From Gemmatimonadales bacterium (GTDB lineage: Bacteria > Gemmatimonadota > Gemmatimonadetes > Gemmatimonadales > GWC2-71-9), in assembly GCA_036556625.1 (NCBI GenBank), contig DATBJC010000118.1:14877-78876 (forward strand): DNA of 64,000 nucleotides, in the 5' to 3' direction. The notes beneath the pieces are model-generated. The model worked only from the letters and a program-made list of their open reading frames with translations. It had not been told where the DNA came from and ran no database searches. The position numbers and the translations under genes were made by a program. Positions within the stretch are counted from its first letter, which is position 1. Each line of letters begins with the position of its first letter. Below, piece by piece: positions 27,552 to 38,239 of this stretch.

Positions 27552-30134
27552 TCACTCCGCCTTGATGGCGGCGATCGGATCGGTGCGGACCGCGCGGAGC
27601 GCAGGGAACCAGCACCCGGCCGCCGCCATGGCCAGACACAGCGCGCCGGCCACCAGCAGCGTCACGCCGTCCGCCGGCCCCACGCTGGCAAGCAGGGCAG
27701 CCATGCCACGGGCCGCCGAGTAGGCCAGGGCGACCCCGAGCAGCACTCCGACGCCGGCCAGCCGAACCGCCTGACCCAGCACCATTCTCAGGATATCCCG
27801 CCGCTGGGCCCCCAACGCGATACGCACGCCCAGCTCCCTCGCGCGAGTGGATACGGAGTACGACAGCAGGCCGTGAATGCCGACGCCGGCGAGCAGCAGC
27901 GCCAGCGCCGCCAGCGACCCCAGCAGCCGCACCTGCACCGCGCGCGAGGTGGTCTCCTCGGCGACGATCTCCCCCATGGTCCGGACGTTGGAGATCGGCT
28001 GCTCGGGGTCCGCCCGCCGGACGATGTTCCGAATCGCGGGCACCAGGCTGGTGGGATCGAAGGAGGATCGCACCACCAGGTCCTTGGGCGTGTAGAAGAT
28101 GATGGAGCTGTCGGGCACCTGGGTGGCCGGGAGGTACACCTGCGGCTCACTGCTGCGCTCGAGACCTCGCACCATGACGTCGCCGACTACGCCGACCACG
28201 GTGCGCTTCTGAAACGCGAAATCGAAGCTGCGACCGATGGGATCGGCGTTCGGCCAGTACCGCCGGACGAACGATTCGCTCACCACAGCCACCGCCAGGG
28301 CGTCGGATCGGTCCGTCTCCATGACATCGCGTCCAGTTCGGAGCGGAATCTCCAGGGTTCCGAAGAACCCCGGCGTGATGAACCGGAGACTGGCGCTGTG
28401 CTTGCCCTGGCCGTCGGCCTCCCCGCCGTCGAGACCTACCGGCCAGATTCCGCCGGGCATCGCCATCGGTAGGAAGCTGATGTACGCCGCGCGCTCCACG
28501 CCGGGGATGGCCCTGACTTCCGTCAGGACCCGCCGATAGAACTCCACCCGGTCGGCCGTGTGGATGTATTTCGGCCAGGGCAGCGCGGTCCGGAGGGTGA
28601 GCACGCCTTCGGCCCGGAATCCTGGATCCACCGACTGAATGCGCCACAGGGCCCGCAGCAGCAGACCGGAGGACACCAACAGCGCTACCGACGCCATCAC
28701 CTCGGCGATGACCAGAGCGGAGCGAAGCCGTTGCTTCGGCCCGGCCCCTGACCTCGCCCCTTCGCGAAGACCCTCGAGCCCGGTATCGCGCCCGGCGCGC
28801 AGCGCGGGGAGAACACCGAAGCCCAGCGCGGTGATCCCGGTGATGAGCCCGGCGACGAGCAGCACCCTGAGGTCGAGCGCAGGCGACTGGCCGATCGGCA
28901 GCGTGTCCGGCACCAGCCTGGCGAGCAGCGGCAGCGCGGCCGCGGCTACCAGCGTACCGAGCCCGCCGCCCACGCCTGCGAGCACGATGGTCTCGGTGAG
29001 CAGCTGCCGGACCAGCCGCTCGCGGCCGGCGCCGAGGGCGGTGCGCAGGGCCAGCTCCTTCTGCCGGGCGAGCGTGCGGGCCAGCAGCAGATTGGCCAGA
29101 TTGGCGCAGGCGATCAGCAGGATGCAGAGCGCCGCCCCACAGAGCCCGAGCAGCAGGAGCCGGGAGCGCTCCGGCAGGTAGTCCCGCAGCGGCAAGAGCA
29201 TCGCTCCGGTCTGCTCGTTCTCCTTGGGATACTCCCGCTCCAGCCGCGCGGTGATGACCCCCATCTCCGCCTCGGCCTCCTCCAGCGAGACTCCCGGCCG
29301 GAGCCGTCCCAGCACGTGGAGGTAGTTGTTGTCCCGGTCCTCGTAGTCGTCGGGTCGCAACGGCATCGGTCGCCACAGCGCGATCTCCCGGCTGGGAAAG
29401 TGAAAGCCTGGCGGCATGACCCCGATGACCACGTGAGGCTCCCCGTCGAGCAGCAGGCGGCGGCCGAGGACGGCCCCGTCGCCGCCGAAGCGGGACTGCC
29501 AGACGCCGTAACTCAGCACCACCGTGCCCACAGCACCCTCTCGATCGTCCGCCGGGGCGAACACCCGGCCCAGCGCCGGAGTCACGCCGAGCATGGTGAG
29601 GATGTCGGAGGTGACCGAGGCGGCGGGGAGGCGCTCCGGATCGCCTTCTCCTACCAGATTGACTTCGATCGGGAGATAGGCCCCCATGCTCTCGAAGACG
29701 GTGCTCGCCGCCCGCCAGTCGCGGTAGTTGGCGGGGGACAGTTCCACTTGGTACTCGGGGACCCGCTCCCAGAGCTTCACCAGGCGATCGGAATCGGGAT
29801 ACGGGAGCGGACGCACCAGCACGAAGTCGGCAACGGAGAAGGCCGCGGTGTTGGCTCCGACGCCGAGGGCGATCACCAGGACGGCGGTGAGCGCGAAGCC
29901 CGGCGTGCGCCGGAGGGCGCGGGCGGTGAAGCGGAGATCCTGTCGCGCCAGGTCCCAGTGCACCGCCGCGGCGTTGGCCAGCAGGCCGGCCACTTCACCG
30001 AACCAGACCAGGACCCGCTGGGCCGGGCGCCCGGCGGCCCGGCGCCGCTGCTCGAACACCGCGCACATCTCCCCACCGTACTCGGCACGGAAGGATCGGG
30101 GGTACAGGGTGAGCAGGGCCCGGTACAGCCGCAT
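27552..30134 (-). CDS. ADOP-type ABC permease with N-terminal 'permease prefix' extension (PadR-linked)
   Basis: 860 aa. About 60-aa extension MRLYRALLTLYPRSFRAEYGGEMCAVFEQRRR..., then DLRFTARALRRTPGFALTAVLVIALGVGANTAAFSV. Contains LLIACANLANLLLAR and ends RTDPIAAIKAE-stop. The ATG overlaps the padR stop by 1 nt (30134). Confidence 0.9.
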   Translation of the reverse strand: MRLYRALLTLYPRSFRAEYGGEMCAVFEQRRRAAGRPAQRVLVWFGEVAGLLANAAAVHWDLARQDLRFTARALRRTPGFALTAVLVIALGVGANTAAFSVADFVLVRPLPYPDSDRLVKLWERVPEYQVELSPANYRDWRAASTVFESMGAYLPIEVNLVGEGDPERLPAASVTSDILTMLGVTPALGRVFAPADDREGAVGTVVLSYGVWQSRFGGDGAVLGRRLLLDGEPHVVIGVMPPGFHFPSREIALWRPMPLRPDDYEDRDNNYLHVLGRLRPGVSLEEAEAEMGVITARLEREYPKENEQTGAMLLPLRDYLPERSRLLLLGLCGAALCILLIACANLANLLLARTLARQKELALRTALGAGRERLVRQLLTETIVLAGVGGGLGTLVAAAALPLLARLVPDTLPIGQSPALDLRVLLVAGLITGITALGFGVLPALRAGRDTGLEGLREGARSGAGPKQRLRSALVIAEVMASVALLVSSGLLLRALWRIQSVDPGFRAEGVLTLRTALPWPKYIHTADRVEFYRRVLTEVRAIPGVERAAYISFLPMAMPGGIWPVGLDGGEADGQGKHSASLRFITPGFFGTLEIPLRTGRDVMETDRSDALAVAVVSESFVRRYWPNADPIGRSFDFAFQKRTVVGVVGDVMVRGLERSSEPQVYLPATQVPDSSIIFYTPKDLVVRSSFDPTSLVPAIRNIVRRADPEQPISNVRTMGEIVAEETTSRAVQVRLLGSLAALALLLAGVGIHGLLSYSVSTRARELGVRIALGAQRRDILRMVLGQAVRLAGVGVLLGVALAYSAARGMAALLASVGPADGVTLLVAGALCLAMAAAGCWFPALRAVRTDPIAAIKAE

Positions 30135-30490
30135 CAGGCGCTCCCCGGCACGATGCCGTGCGCCCGGGCCAGCTTGACCAGCTGGTCCAGCCGGCGAGCC
30201 TCCGCCCGCGCCACGGCGCGCCCGCGGGGCGTGATGCGGTAGTAGCGCCGCCGTTGGTCGTCGAGTTCGGGAGCGGGCCGCTCCCTGGTCTCCAGGATCA
30301 ATCCCTGCTCCAGCAGCCGCTGGATGGAGCGGTACAGCGTACCGGCGCTGAGCGTGACCCGGCCGTCGGTGCGCGAGGCGACCTCCTGGATGATGGCGTA
30401 GCCATGCCGATCATCGTCGGCGAGCGCGACCAGGATGTGAAAGGCGGCGGGGGCCAGAGGCAGGAATGCGTCGAGGGACTCGGCGGGCAT
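30134..30490 (-). CDS. PadR-family transcriptional regulator
   Basis: 118 aa. FHILVALADDDRHGYAIIQEVASRTDGRVTLSAGTLYRSIQRLLEQGLILE...RRYYRITPRGR (winged helix plus C-terminal helix). Confidence 0.9.
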   Translation of the reverse strand: MPAESLDAFLPLAPAAFHILVALADDDRHGYAIIQEVASRTDGRVTLSAGTLYRSIQRLLEQGLILETRERPAPELDDQRRRYYRITPRGRAVARAEARRLDQLVKLARAHGIVPGSA

Positions 30491-30494
30491 CTCG

Positions 30495-30524
30495 ATACTA
30501 TATCCGATGTGGATATAATATCAA
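30495..30524 (-). promoter_or_regulatory. Candidate sigma70-type promoter with overlapping palindromic (PadR-type) operator; predicted leaderless transcript
   Basis: Minus-strand reading: TTGATA (30524-30519), 16 nt, TATAGT (30502-30497), 6 nt, then the padR ATG (30490), with no SD. An inverted repeat ATACTATATCC/GGATATAATAT (30495-30505 / 30511-30521, 10 of 11 paired) covers the spacer and -10. This is an AT-rich island in a high-GC genome. Confidence 0.55.
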
Positions 30525-30545
30525 TGGGTATAGTGAGCAGATCGG

Positions 30546-31151
30546 CTAGGCGCCGGCCCGCGGCTCCCGGCGAAGCAGCGGGATCCGCTCGCCACGCGCG
30601 GAGCAGGAGCGCAGCGTCTCGAAGCGTCGCTGCCGGGTGTCCTCCCGCTTCGCCTCCATCACCCAGAACGTGCTGGTTCGGCGGTACCAGGGCGCCTGGG
30701 ACTGGAAGAAGTCCCAGGCCCGCTGGTCCTGCCGGAAGCGCCCCTCGAATGCAGGATCGAGTCCGGCCGGTTGCGACTCGTACGAATACCGCCGCGAGGC
30801 TCGCGTCTCCCGTGCGGCGAACGCCGCCCGGCCGGCAGGTTGCATCCGGCCGGCCGCCTCGAGCGCGGCCGCCTTCCGGATGTTGACGGCGCTCCAGACG
30901 CTGTTCGGCCTTCGGGGACTGAACCGCACGCTGAAGCTCTCGGCGTCCACCTTGTGCCGTACCCCGTCGATCCAGCCGAAACAGATCGCTTCATCCACCG
31001 CTTCGGCGTAGGTGAGACCCCGCCGCTCTGCCCCGGTCTTGTAGCAGCGCACCAGCAGCTCGCTCGCGTCCCGATGATGTCTGGCGAGCCAGCGGTGGAA
31101 CCCGCGGGCGGAGTCGAAGGTGGCCGGATCTTGCGCTGCGGCTCGGCCCAC
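30546..31151 (-). CDS. YdeI/OmpD-associated family protein
   Basis: Track ORF 30546..31193. FHRWLARHHRDASELLVRCYK......TYAEAVDEAICFGWIDGVRHKVDAESFSVRFSPRRPNSVWS. GTG 31151 lies 4 nt after the DinB-gene stop; ATG 31193 would overlap it. Confidence 0.75.
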   Translation of the reverse strand: MGRAAAQDPATFDSARGFHRWLARHHRDASELLVRCYKTGAERRGLTYAEAVDEAICFGWIDGVRHKVDAESFSVRFSPRRPNSVWSAVNIRKAAALEAAGRMQPAGRAAFAARETRASRRYSYESQPAGLDPAFEGRFRQDQRAWDFFQSQAPWYRRTSTFWVMEAKREDTRQRRFETLRSCSARGERIPLLRREPRAGA

Positions 31152-31155
31152 CGGC

Positions 31156-31677
31156 TCAGGGGGCGCGCGCGGGCGTTCCCGAGGGAGCGCCACGGGTGTA
31201 GGCCATGGCCGGCTTGCCGATCTGCCGGCGGAGAAACGCCGCCTGCCCTAGGTGATAGGAATCGTGCTGGGTCAAGAACGCGATGAGACCCAGTCGGGTA
31301 TCGTCGCCGATCGGGAACCGGTGGACCCCGCCCTCATTGAGCTCCTCGTTGGTGAGCACGGGCAGCACCGCGTTGAGATGGTCGCTGATGGCGCACCAGG
31401 CGGCCCGCAGCTCGTCGACCGGCGGCCAGCCCCGGATGTCGTCGATACTGCGCGCGTCGGCCAGGAGTGAAGTGAGGGGATTGGGCAGCGGGCGCCTGAG
31501 GCGGATCGCCATGAAATGCCTGGTATCGGTCAAGTGGGCGATGAGAAAGGCCAGGCTGTTGCCGCCGCCCTGGAGGCGGTGCTGCACCTCCGCCTCGGAC
31601 AGGCCGTCGAGGCAATTGAGGAGCAGATCGGTATTGAGATCCAGGATCGCAGCCAGCGGTGCGACTGCCGGGTTCAT
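31156..31677 (-). CDS. DinB-family protein
   Basis: 173 aa. LLLNCLDGLSEAEVQHRL.GGGNSLAFLIAHLTDTRHF...FLTQHDSYHLGQAAFLRR. GGAGG RBS. Confidence 0.8.
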   Translation of the reverse strand: MNPAVAPLAAILDLNTDLLLNCLDGLSEAEVQHRLQGGGNSLAFLIAHLTDTRHFMAIRLRRPLPNPLTSLLADARSIDDIRGWPPVDELRAAWCAISDHLNAVLPVLTNEELNEGGVHRFPIGDDTRLGLIAFLTQHDSYHLGQAAFLRRQIGKPAMAYTRGAPSGTPARAP

Positions 31678-31714
31678 CGAGCCTCCGCTCCGATTTTGGT
31701 TCGCCTGAGCCCTT

Positions 31715-31948
31715 TCAGGCGTGATCGGCTACCGCGGTGACGCCTTCCTTTCGGGCACAATGGGCGCAGCAGAAGAAGGTCCCATTCGCCTCGATGCCGT
31801 GTCCCACGATCTTACAGCTGCAGTGCTGGCAGATCGGGGCGAGCTTGTGAATCGCGCATTCGAAGCTGTCGAAGGTGTGAGTGTGTCCGGCGGCGACCAC
31901 CTGAAACGAGAGATAGTAGTCGTTGCCGCAGACTTCGCAGACGGCCAT
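31715..31948 (-). CDS. Small Cys/His-rich (putative metal-binding) protein
   Basis: Track ORF 31715..31960. ATG 31948 is preceded by GGAGGA. MAVCEVCGNDYYLSFQVVAAGHTHTFDSFECAIHKLAPICQHCSCKIVGHGIEANGTFFCCAHCARKEG. Nine Cys in 77 aa, arranged as CxxC, CxxC, CC and CxxC-like pairs. Confidence 0.65.
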   Translation of the reverse strand: MAVCEVCGNDYYLSFQVVAAGHTHTFDSFECAIHKLAPICQHCSCKIVGHGIEANGTFFCCAHCARKEGVTAVADHA

Positions 31949-32004
31949 GATGTCCTCCACGTCGGGGCGGCCCGATGCCGCCTTCCGGGAAGTTACTTTC
32001 CGTC

Positions 32005-32835
32005 ATGCCGAACTGCATCTGCACCACCTGTGGGGTCCAGTACGCCGAGACAGCGTCCCCGCCGGCATCCTGCATCATCTGCTCCGAAGAGCGCCAGTAC
32101 ATCGGCTGGCAGGGTCAGTGGTGGACCACGCTGGACCAGCTCCGAAGAGACCACCGGAGCCGGGTCTCGCCCGAAGGGCCCGGTCTCACCGGCGTCGGCA
32201 TCGACCCGGCGTTCGCCATCGGACAGCGGGCGCTGCACGTTCGCAGCGCCTCCGGGGGATTTCTCTGGGACTCGACCAGTCTGGTGGACGACGCGGCGGT
32301 CGCCGCGCTGCAGCAGCTCGGCGGCGTCCGGGCGATGGCGATCTCCCATCCCCACTTCTACTCGTCGATGGTGGAGTGGAGCCGTGCCCTGGGCGGGATC
32401 CCGATCTACCTGCACGAGGCCGACCGCGCCTGGGTGATGCGGGACGACTCCGCCATCGCGTTCTGGGGCGGGGCGTCGCTGGAGCTGGCACCCGGCGTCA
32501 CCTTGATCCACTGTGGCGGCCATTTCGCCGGGAGCACCGTCCTTCACTGGGCCGACGGCGCCGACGGGCTGGGCGCGCTCCTCACCGGCGACTCGGTCAT
32601 GGTGGCGCAGGATCGGCGCACGGTCAGCTTCATGTACAGCTATCCGAACCTGATCCCACTGGACGCCCTGGCGGTCCGGAAGATCGTCGAGGCGCTGGAA
32701 CCTTACGAATTCGAGCAGATCTACGGCGGCTGGACCGGCAAGAACGTGCTGGAATCGGGCAAGCAGGCGGTCCGTTACTCGGCCCGGCGTTATCTTCGGG
32801 CTATCGGCCAGTCCGGCCGGGACTCCACGAGGTGA
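32005..32835 (+). CDS. MBL-fold metallo-hydrolase
   Basis: Track ORF 31975..32835. MPNCICTTCGVQYAETASPPASCIICSEERQY N-terminus, MAISHPHFYSSM metal-motif region, LIHCGGHFAGSTVLH. Confidence 0.7.
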   Translation: MPNCICTTCGVQYAETASPPASCIICSEERQYIGWQGQWWTTLDQLRRDHRSRVSPEGPGLTGVGIDPAFAIGQRALHVRSASGGFLWDSTSLVDDAAVAALQQLGGVRAMAISHPHFYSSMVEWSRALGGIPIYLHEADRAWVMRDDSAIAFWGGASLELAPGVTLIHCGGHFAGSTVLHWADGADGLGALLTGDSVMVAQDRRTVSFMYSYPNLIPLDALAVRKIVEALEPYEFEQIYGGWTGKNVLESGKQAVRYSARRYLRAIGQSGRDSTR

Positions 32836-33356
32836 TCCCATGACCAGCCTCAAGGTGCGGACCCCGCGGCTCGATCTCACCCCCATGACGGCCGAGGTGA
32901 TCGAAGCGCTGCTCGCGGCCGATGCCCCCCGCCTGCTGGCATTGACCGGCGCGCGGTTTCGCCAGCCGTCCCCTCCCCCCCACATGGCCGAGGCGCTGCC
33001 GGTGGTACGCGACCGGCTGCACCTCCATCCTGCGGAGGCGCCCTGGTGGAACTGGCTCATCGTGAACCGGACGTCCGGCGAGGCGGTGGGATCGGTGGCG
33101 TTCGGGGGACCGGTGGACCAGGAGGGCGCCGTGCTGGTGGGCTACGCGATCTACACCGACTACGAAGGCCGGGGCTACGCCACCGAGGGGGTCAAGGCGC
33201 TGGTCGGGTGGGCCTTCGAGCAGCCGGGCGTGCGCGAGGTCCGCGCCCTGGCGCCGGTGTGGAACACCCCGGCCCTGCGGGTGGCGGAGAACGTCGGCAT
33301 GCGGCCGGTCGCCTCCGAGGAGGACGACGACGTGGGTGAAGTGCTGCTCTACGCCG

Positions 33357-34904
<1,548 letters not shown>

Positions 34905-34906
34905 GA

Positions 34907-35965
34907 TCAGCCCTTTCTCTTCCCCAGAATGTCCTGCAACACGACGCGATCAATCTTGCCGTCCATCCGCACCCGTACGTCGTAGTTCTCCCAGTACATG
35001 AAGTTCTTGAGCGCCTCGAGGAACTGCTTATTGGCGCTGCCCTGCTTGGCGGCCAGCCACTTCTCGGGCTGCCCCGCCGGCTCGGTCAGGAGAATCGGCT
35101 CCAGTTGCGCCACCAGCGCCGGCGTGATCGGAAGCAGGTCCTTGGGCTCGCTGGGGAAGAAGTGCAGCTTGTGCAGGGCCAGCAGGCGCTCCAGCTCGGC
35201 GATCGGGTCGGCCGCATCGTACACCCGGATATCGATGAACCGGTCATTGGCGCCGAGGTATCCCGCGTTCTTGCGGACGACGAGCAACGCCGCGGACTGC
35301 ATGCCGCGCTTGTCGCCGCCACCCGCCTGACCGGCCTTGAGCGCGGCCATGAGCCGGTCGGCCAGAGAGCCCCGGGTGCGCTCGAAGGTCTCCGCCAGGT
35401 TCTTCACCGTCTGGTCGGACACCATGATGTTGGCCTGCGCGCTGAAGGTGCGGCCCACCAGCACCTCCCCCTTCCCTCCGGCGAGGTTGCCCTGTCCGCT
35501 CGGGGCCCCGACCCGGCCGCCACTCCAGTCGAACGTAGTCTTGCCGCTGAAGCTCGCCGCGTTCCCTCGCGCGTCCACCATCCCGACCTGCCGGTCCTGC
35601 AGCATGGTATCGGTGCGCATCACCGACCGGAGCGCCTCCTCCGCGGTCGCGCCCTTGGCGATCAACTCGAGCCCTCGCTCGCCGTACGCCGTGTTGCTCA
35701 GACTCTGGGTGGCGACCGCGCCGACTCCGGCGCGGGCCCACGGGACGATGCCGCCCACGTTGGGAAACTTGGACTGGACCACCACGCCCAGATCACCGTT
35801 GGCGGAGTCCCAGGCGACGATACTGTAGGTGTGCGCCAGCTTGGCGAAGTGCGACGGGGGATTAGTAGGTGTCTGAGCGGAAAGGCGTGAAGTGTGAAGG
35901 GGGAAGAGTGAAACGGAAAGACATAGCCAAGCCGCCGCCCAGCGTGGTTGATGGCGGCACCTCAT
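34907..35965 (-). CDS. Secreted DUF1028 (Ntn-hydrolase-fold) protein with C-terminal PG_binding_2-like domain
   Basis: Track ORF 34907..35989. I prefer ATG 35965 (MRCRHQPRWAAAWLCLSVSLFPL..., GAGGAGG RBS). HTYSIVAWDSANGDLGVVVQSKFPNVGGIVPWARAGVGAVATQS; C-terminus ...FLEALKNFMYWENYD. Confidence 0.8.
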   Translation of the reverse strand: MRCRHQPRWAAAWLCLSVSLFPLHTSRLSAQTPTNPPSHFAKLAHTYSIVAWDSANGDLGVVVQSKFPNVGGIVPWARAGVGAVATQSLSNTAYGERGLELIAKGATAEEALRSVMRTDTMLQDRQVGMVDARGNAASFSGKTTFDWSGGRVGAPSGQGNLAGGKGEVLVGRTFSAQANIMVSDQTVKNLAETFERTRGSLADRLMAALKAGQAGGGDKRGMQSAALLVVRKNAGYLGANDRFIDIRVYDAADPIAELERLLALHKLHFFPSEPKDLLPITPALVAQLEPILLTEPAGQPEKWLAAKQGSANKQFLEALKNFMYWENYDVRVRMDGKIDRVVLQDILGKRKG

Positions 35966-36007
35966 AGGAGCCTCCTCTTCACGTTTCACGCTTTACGCTT
36001 CACGCTG

Positions 36008-36574
36008 TTATTTGTCCTTCCTCATCTTCTTCTTCAAGTACTCGAGCTGGGCCTCGATCGCTTCGTCCCGCTTCCGCCGGTCGAAATCGGCCGCCATCCG
36101 ATCCGACTCATCGGAGGGGCGAGACCCGCCCGCGGCCTCGAGGTCCCGCCATGCTGCATCGACGGATTCCGAGCGCGGTCCGCCCTGAGTGGCCGAGCGG
36201 AGCTGGCCGGTCATCTCCTGGACCTCCCGTTCCGCCAGCCCGAGCTCGTCCCCCTGGACCGCGACCTTCCGCTCCAGCACCAGGATTCGTTCCCGGTGGC
36301 GGGCGGCGAATCGCTCCGCCACCGCTACCGTCTCGGCATCGGGCACGGCAGCGGCCAGACGACCCCGCCGCTCGGCGTCGGCCAGCTGCTTTCGCTCGGC
36401 TTCCAGCTCCGCCTCGGCCGCAGCCAGCGCCCGGCGCAGGTCGGTGATCCCGAGCCGCGCCTCGATGAGGGCTTCCCGCAGGCCGGCGGCGAACGCCCGC
36501 GGGTCCGACTGTCCGCGCTCGCGCAGGAGTCTGTCGAGCCGGGCTTTCAAGCCCTCGAACACGGCCGCGACCAC
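36008..36574 (-). CDS. Coiled-coil hypothetical protein (PspA/IM30-like architecture, unverified)
   Basis: 188 aa, GTG start. Ala/Glu/Arg/Leu heptad-like sequence (LRRALAAAEAELEAERKQLADAERR...) with a Lys-rich tail EYLKKKMRKDK. The overlapping frame 36108..36614 is an Arg/Gly-rich shadow. Confidence 0.55.
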   Translation of the reverse strand: MVAAVFEGLKARLDRLLRERGQSDPRAFAAGLREALIEARLGITDLRRALAAAEAELEAERKQLADAERRGRLAAAVPDAETVAVAERFAARHRERILVLERKVAVQGDELGLAEREVQEMTGQLRSATQGGPRSESVDAAWRDLEAAGGSRPSDESDRMAADFDRRKRDEAIEAQLEYLKKKMRKDK

Positions 36575-36746
36575 CTCTCATGAACCCCGGGAAATCGGAC
36601 GCCGGGTCCGGCATCCGCTGTTGGAAATCGAATGCTAGAGCCGGGGTTCGACACCGTCAAGCGAGTTGACCCAACGCTGACCACTTCCCCGGGGCGGAGC
36701 CGACGCATAGCCTACGGGCGTATCTCATCCGGGGAGACCCGCCGGC

Positions 36747-37223
36747 ATGTCATCCATGCCCTGCAGCATCTGCGAGCAAGTGGCCGGCCGCATCACGGCT
36801 CCGGGCGGCCCGATCCATGATGACGGCCTCTGGCTGGTGAGCCACCACACCGGACCCCATACCGACCCCGGCGAGCTGATGGTCCAGCTGCGCCGCCATT
36901 GCGAGTCCTTGGCGGAGCTCACCGCGGCGGAGGCGGCGGCGCTCGGTCCGGTGCTGCGCGATGCGGTAGCCGGGATCGAGCGCGTCGTCCGGCCGGAGCG
37001 CACCTACGTCGCCAGCTACGGCGAGCGAGTGCGCCACGTGCATTTTTTCCTGCTGCCCAGAACCCGAGGCCTGCCTCCGGGCCACGTCACCTCGGATCTC
37101 TATCGCAAGCTCCGCATGTGGCTCCGGCGCGCCCGCCTGGCCCGGAACCCGACCGCCGCAGAGCGTGCCGACGCGGCCGGCCGCATTCGGGAGGACCCCG
37201 CATGGAGACGGTCGAGCACCTGA
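36747..37223 (+). CDS. HIT-family protein
   Basis: 158 aa. N-terminal CSIC, ...HHTGPH..., histidine-triad-like RVRHVHFFLLPR. Confidence 0.65.
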   Translation: MSSMPCSICEQVAGRITAPGGPIHDDGLWLVSHHTGPHTDPGELMVQLRRHCESLAELTAAEAAALGPVLRDAVAGIERVVRPERTYVASYGERVRHVHFFLLPRTRGLPPGHVTSDLYRKLRMWLRRARLARNPTAAERADAAGRIREDPAWRRSST

Positions 37224-38239
37224 TCGCCGGAGCCGGCCCGGCCGGACTGCGCGCGGGCCAGGTGCTCGCCGAGGCCGGCCGCGAGGTGCTGGTGGTAGAG
37301 AAGCACGCGGAGATCGGGCCCAAGACCTGCGCCGGAGGTCTCACCCGCAAGGCAGTCACGCTGCTCCGGGAGCTCGGCCTGCCGGAGAGAGCCGGCCTCA
37401 GCCGAATCGGCCAGGTCGCGTTTGCGGCGGGGCCAGCGGTCGTGCTCGACCCCGAGCGCACCATCGTCGTCACCCTATCGCGCCGGGAGCTCGGCCGGTA
37501 CCAGGCGGGCTGGACCCGTGCGGCCGGCGCCGAGGTGCGGGCGGACTGCCCGCTGCGCGAACTGGACCTGGCGCGTCGGACCGCGCTCGCCGGCGACACG
37601 CGGGTGCAGTGGCGGCACCTCATCGGCGCCGACGGCGCCGACTCCGCGGTCCGCCGCGCGCTCGGTCTTCCCTCGCCGCGGGTGTACTTCGCGGCGGAAT
37701 ACAACCTCCGCGGCGTGCGCCTGGAGCCGCTCCGGGTCGAGTGCGATCCGAGGCTGGGTGGCGGCTACTTCTGGGTGTTCCCCCACCAGGACTACACCTC
37801 GGTCGGCGCGGTCGCGTCCAAGCACATCGTCCGTCCGGCGCTGCTCCGCGCCTATCTCGACTCGCGACTGGATGGCCTCGGGCTGGCCCGCCGGGGCGAG
37901 CCGTTCGAGGGCGCCACGCTCGAGGTTGATTTCCGCGGGCTCCACTTCGATGGCAGGGTTCATCTCGCGGGGGATGCTGCCGGCGTTCCGTCGTCACTGA
38001 CTGCGGAGGGAATCTACTCGGCACTGCTCACCGGACAGGAAGTCGCCCGCGGGATCCTCGATCCCTCCTACGTCTCTCACCGGCTGAACCGGTGGCTGCG
38101 GGTCAAGCGGCGGCACGACCGCTTCGCGACCTTTCTGCAGCGGCCCTCGGCGCGTGCCGTGGCCCTGCCGGTGCTGGACCGGCTGGCCCGCTGGCAACCG
38201 GCCCGGCGACCGATGGCCGACTGGTTCCTCGCGGGATGA
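37202..38239 (+). CDS. Geranylgeranyl-reductase-family NAD(P)/FAD-dependent oxidoreductase
   Basis: 3' part of track ORF 36899..38239. Start METVEHLIAGAGPAGLRAGQVLAEAGREVLVVEKHAEIGPKTCAGGL; later GDAAGVPSSLTAEGIYSAL. Confidence 0.75.
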   Translation: METVEHLIAGAGPAGLRAGQVLAEAGREVLVVEKHAEIGPKTCAGGLTRKAVTLLRELGLPERAGLSRIGQVAFAAGPAVVLDPERTIVVTLSRRELGRYQAGWTRAAGAEVRADCPLRELDLARRTALAGDTRVQWRHLIGADGADSAVRRALGLPSPRVYFAAEYNLRGVRLEPLRVECDPRLGGGYFWVFPHQDYTSVGAVASKHIVRPALLRAYLDSRLDGLGLARRGEPFEGATLEVDFRGLHFDGRVHLAGDAAGVPSSLTAEGIYSALLTGQEVARGILDPSYVSHRLNRWLRVKRRHDRFATFLQRPSARAVALPVLDRLARWQPARRPMADWFLAG

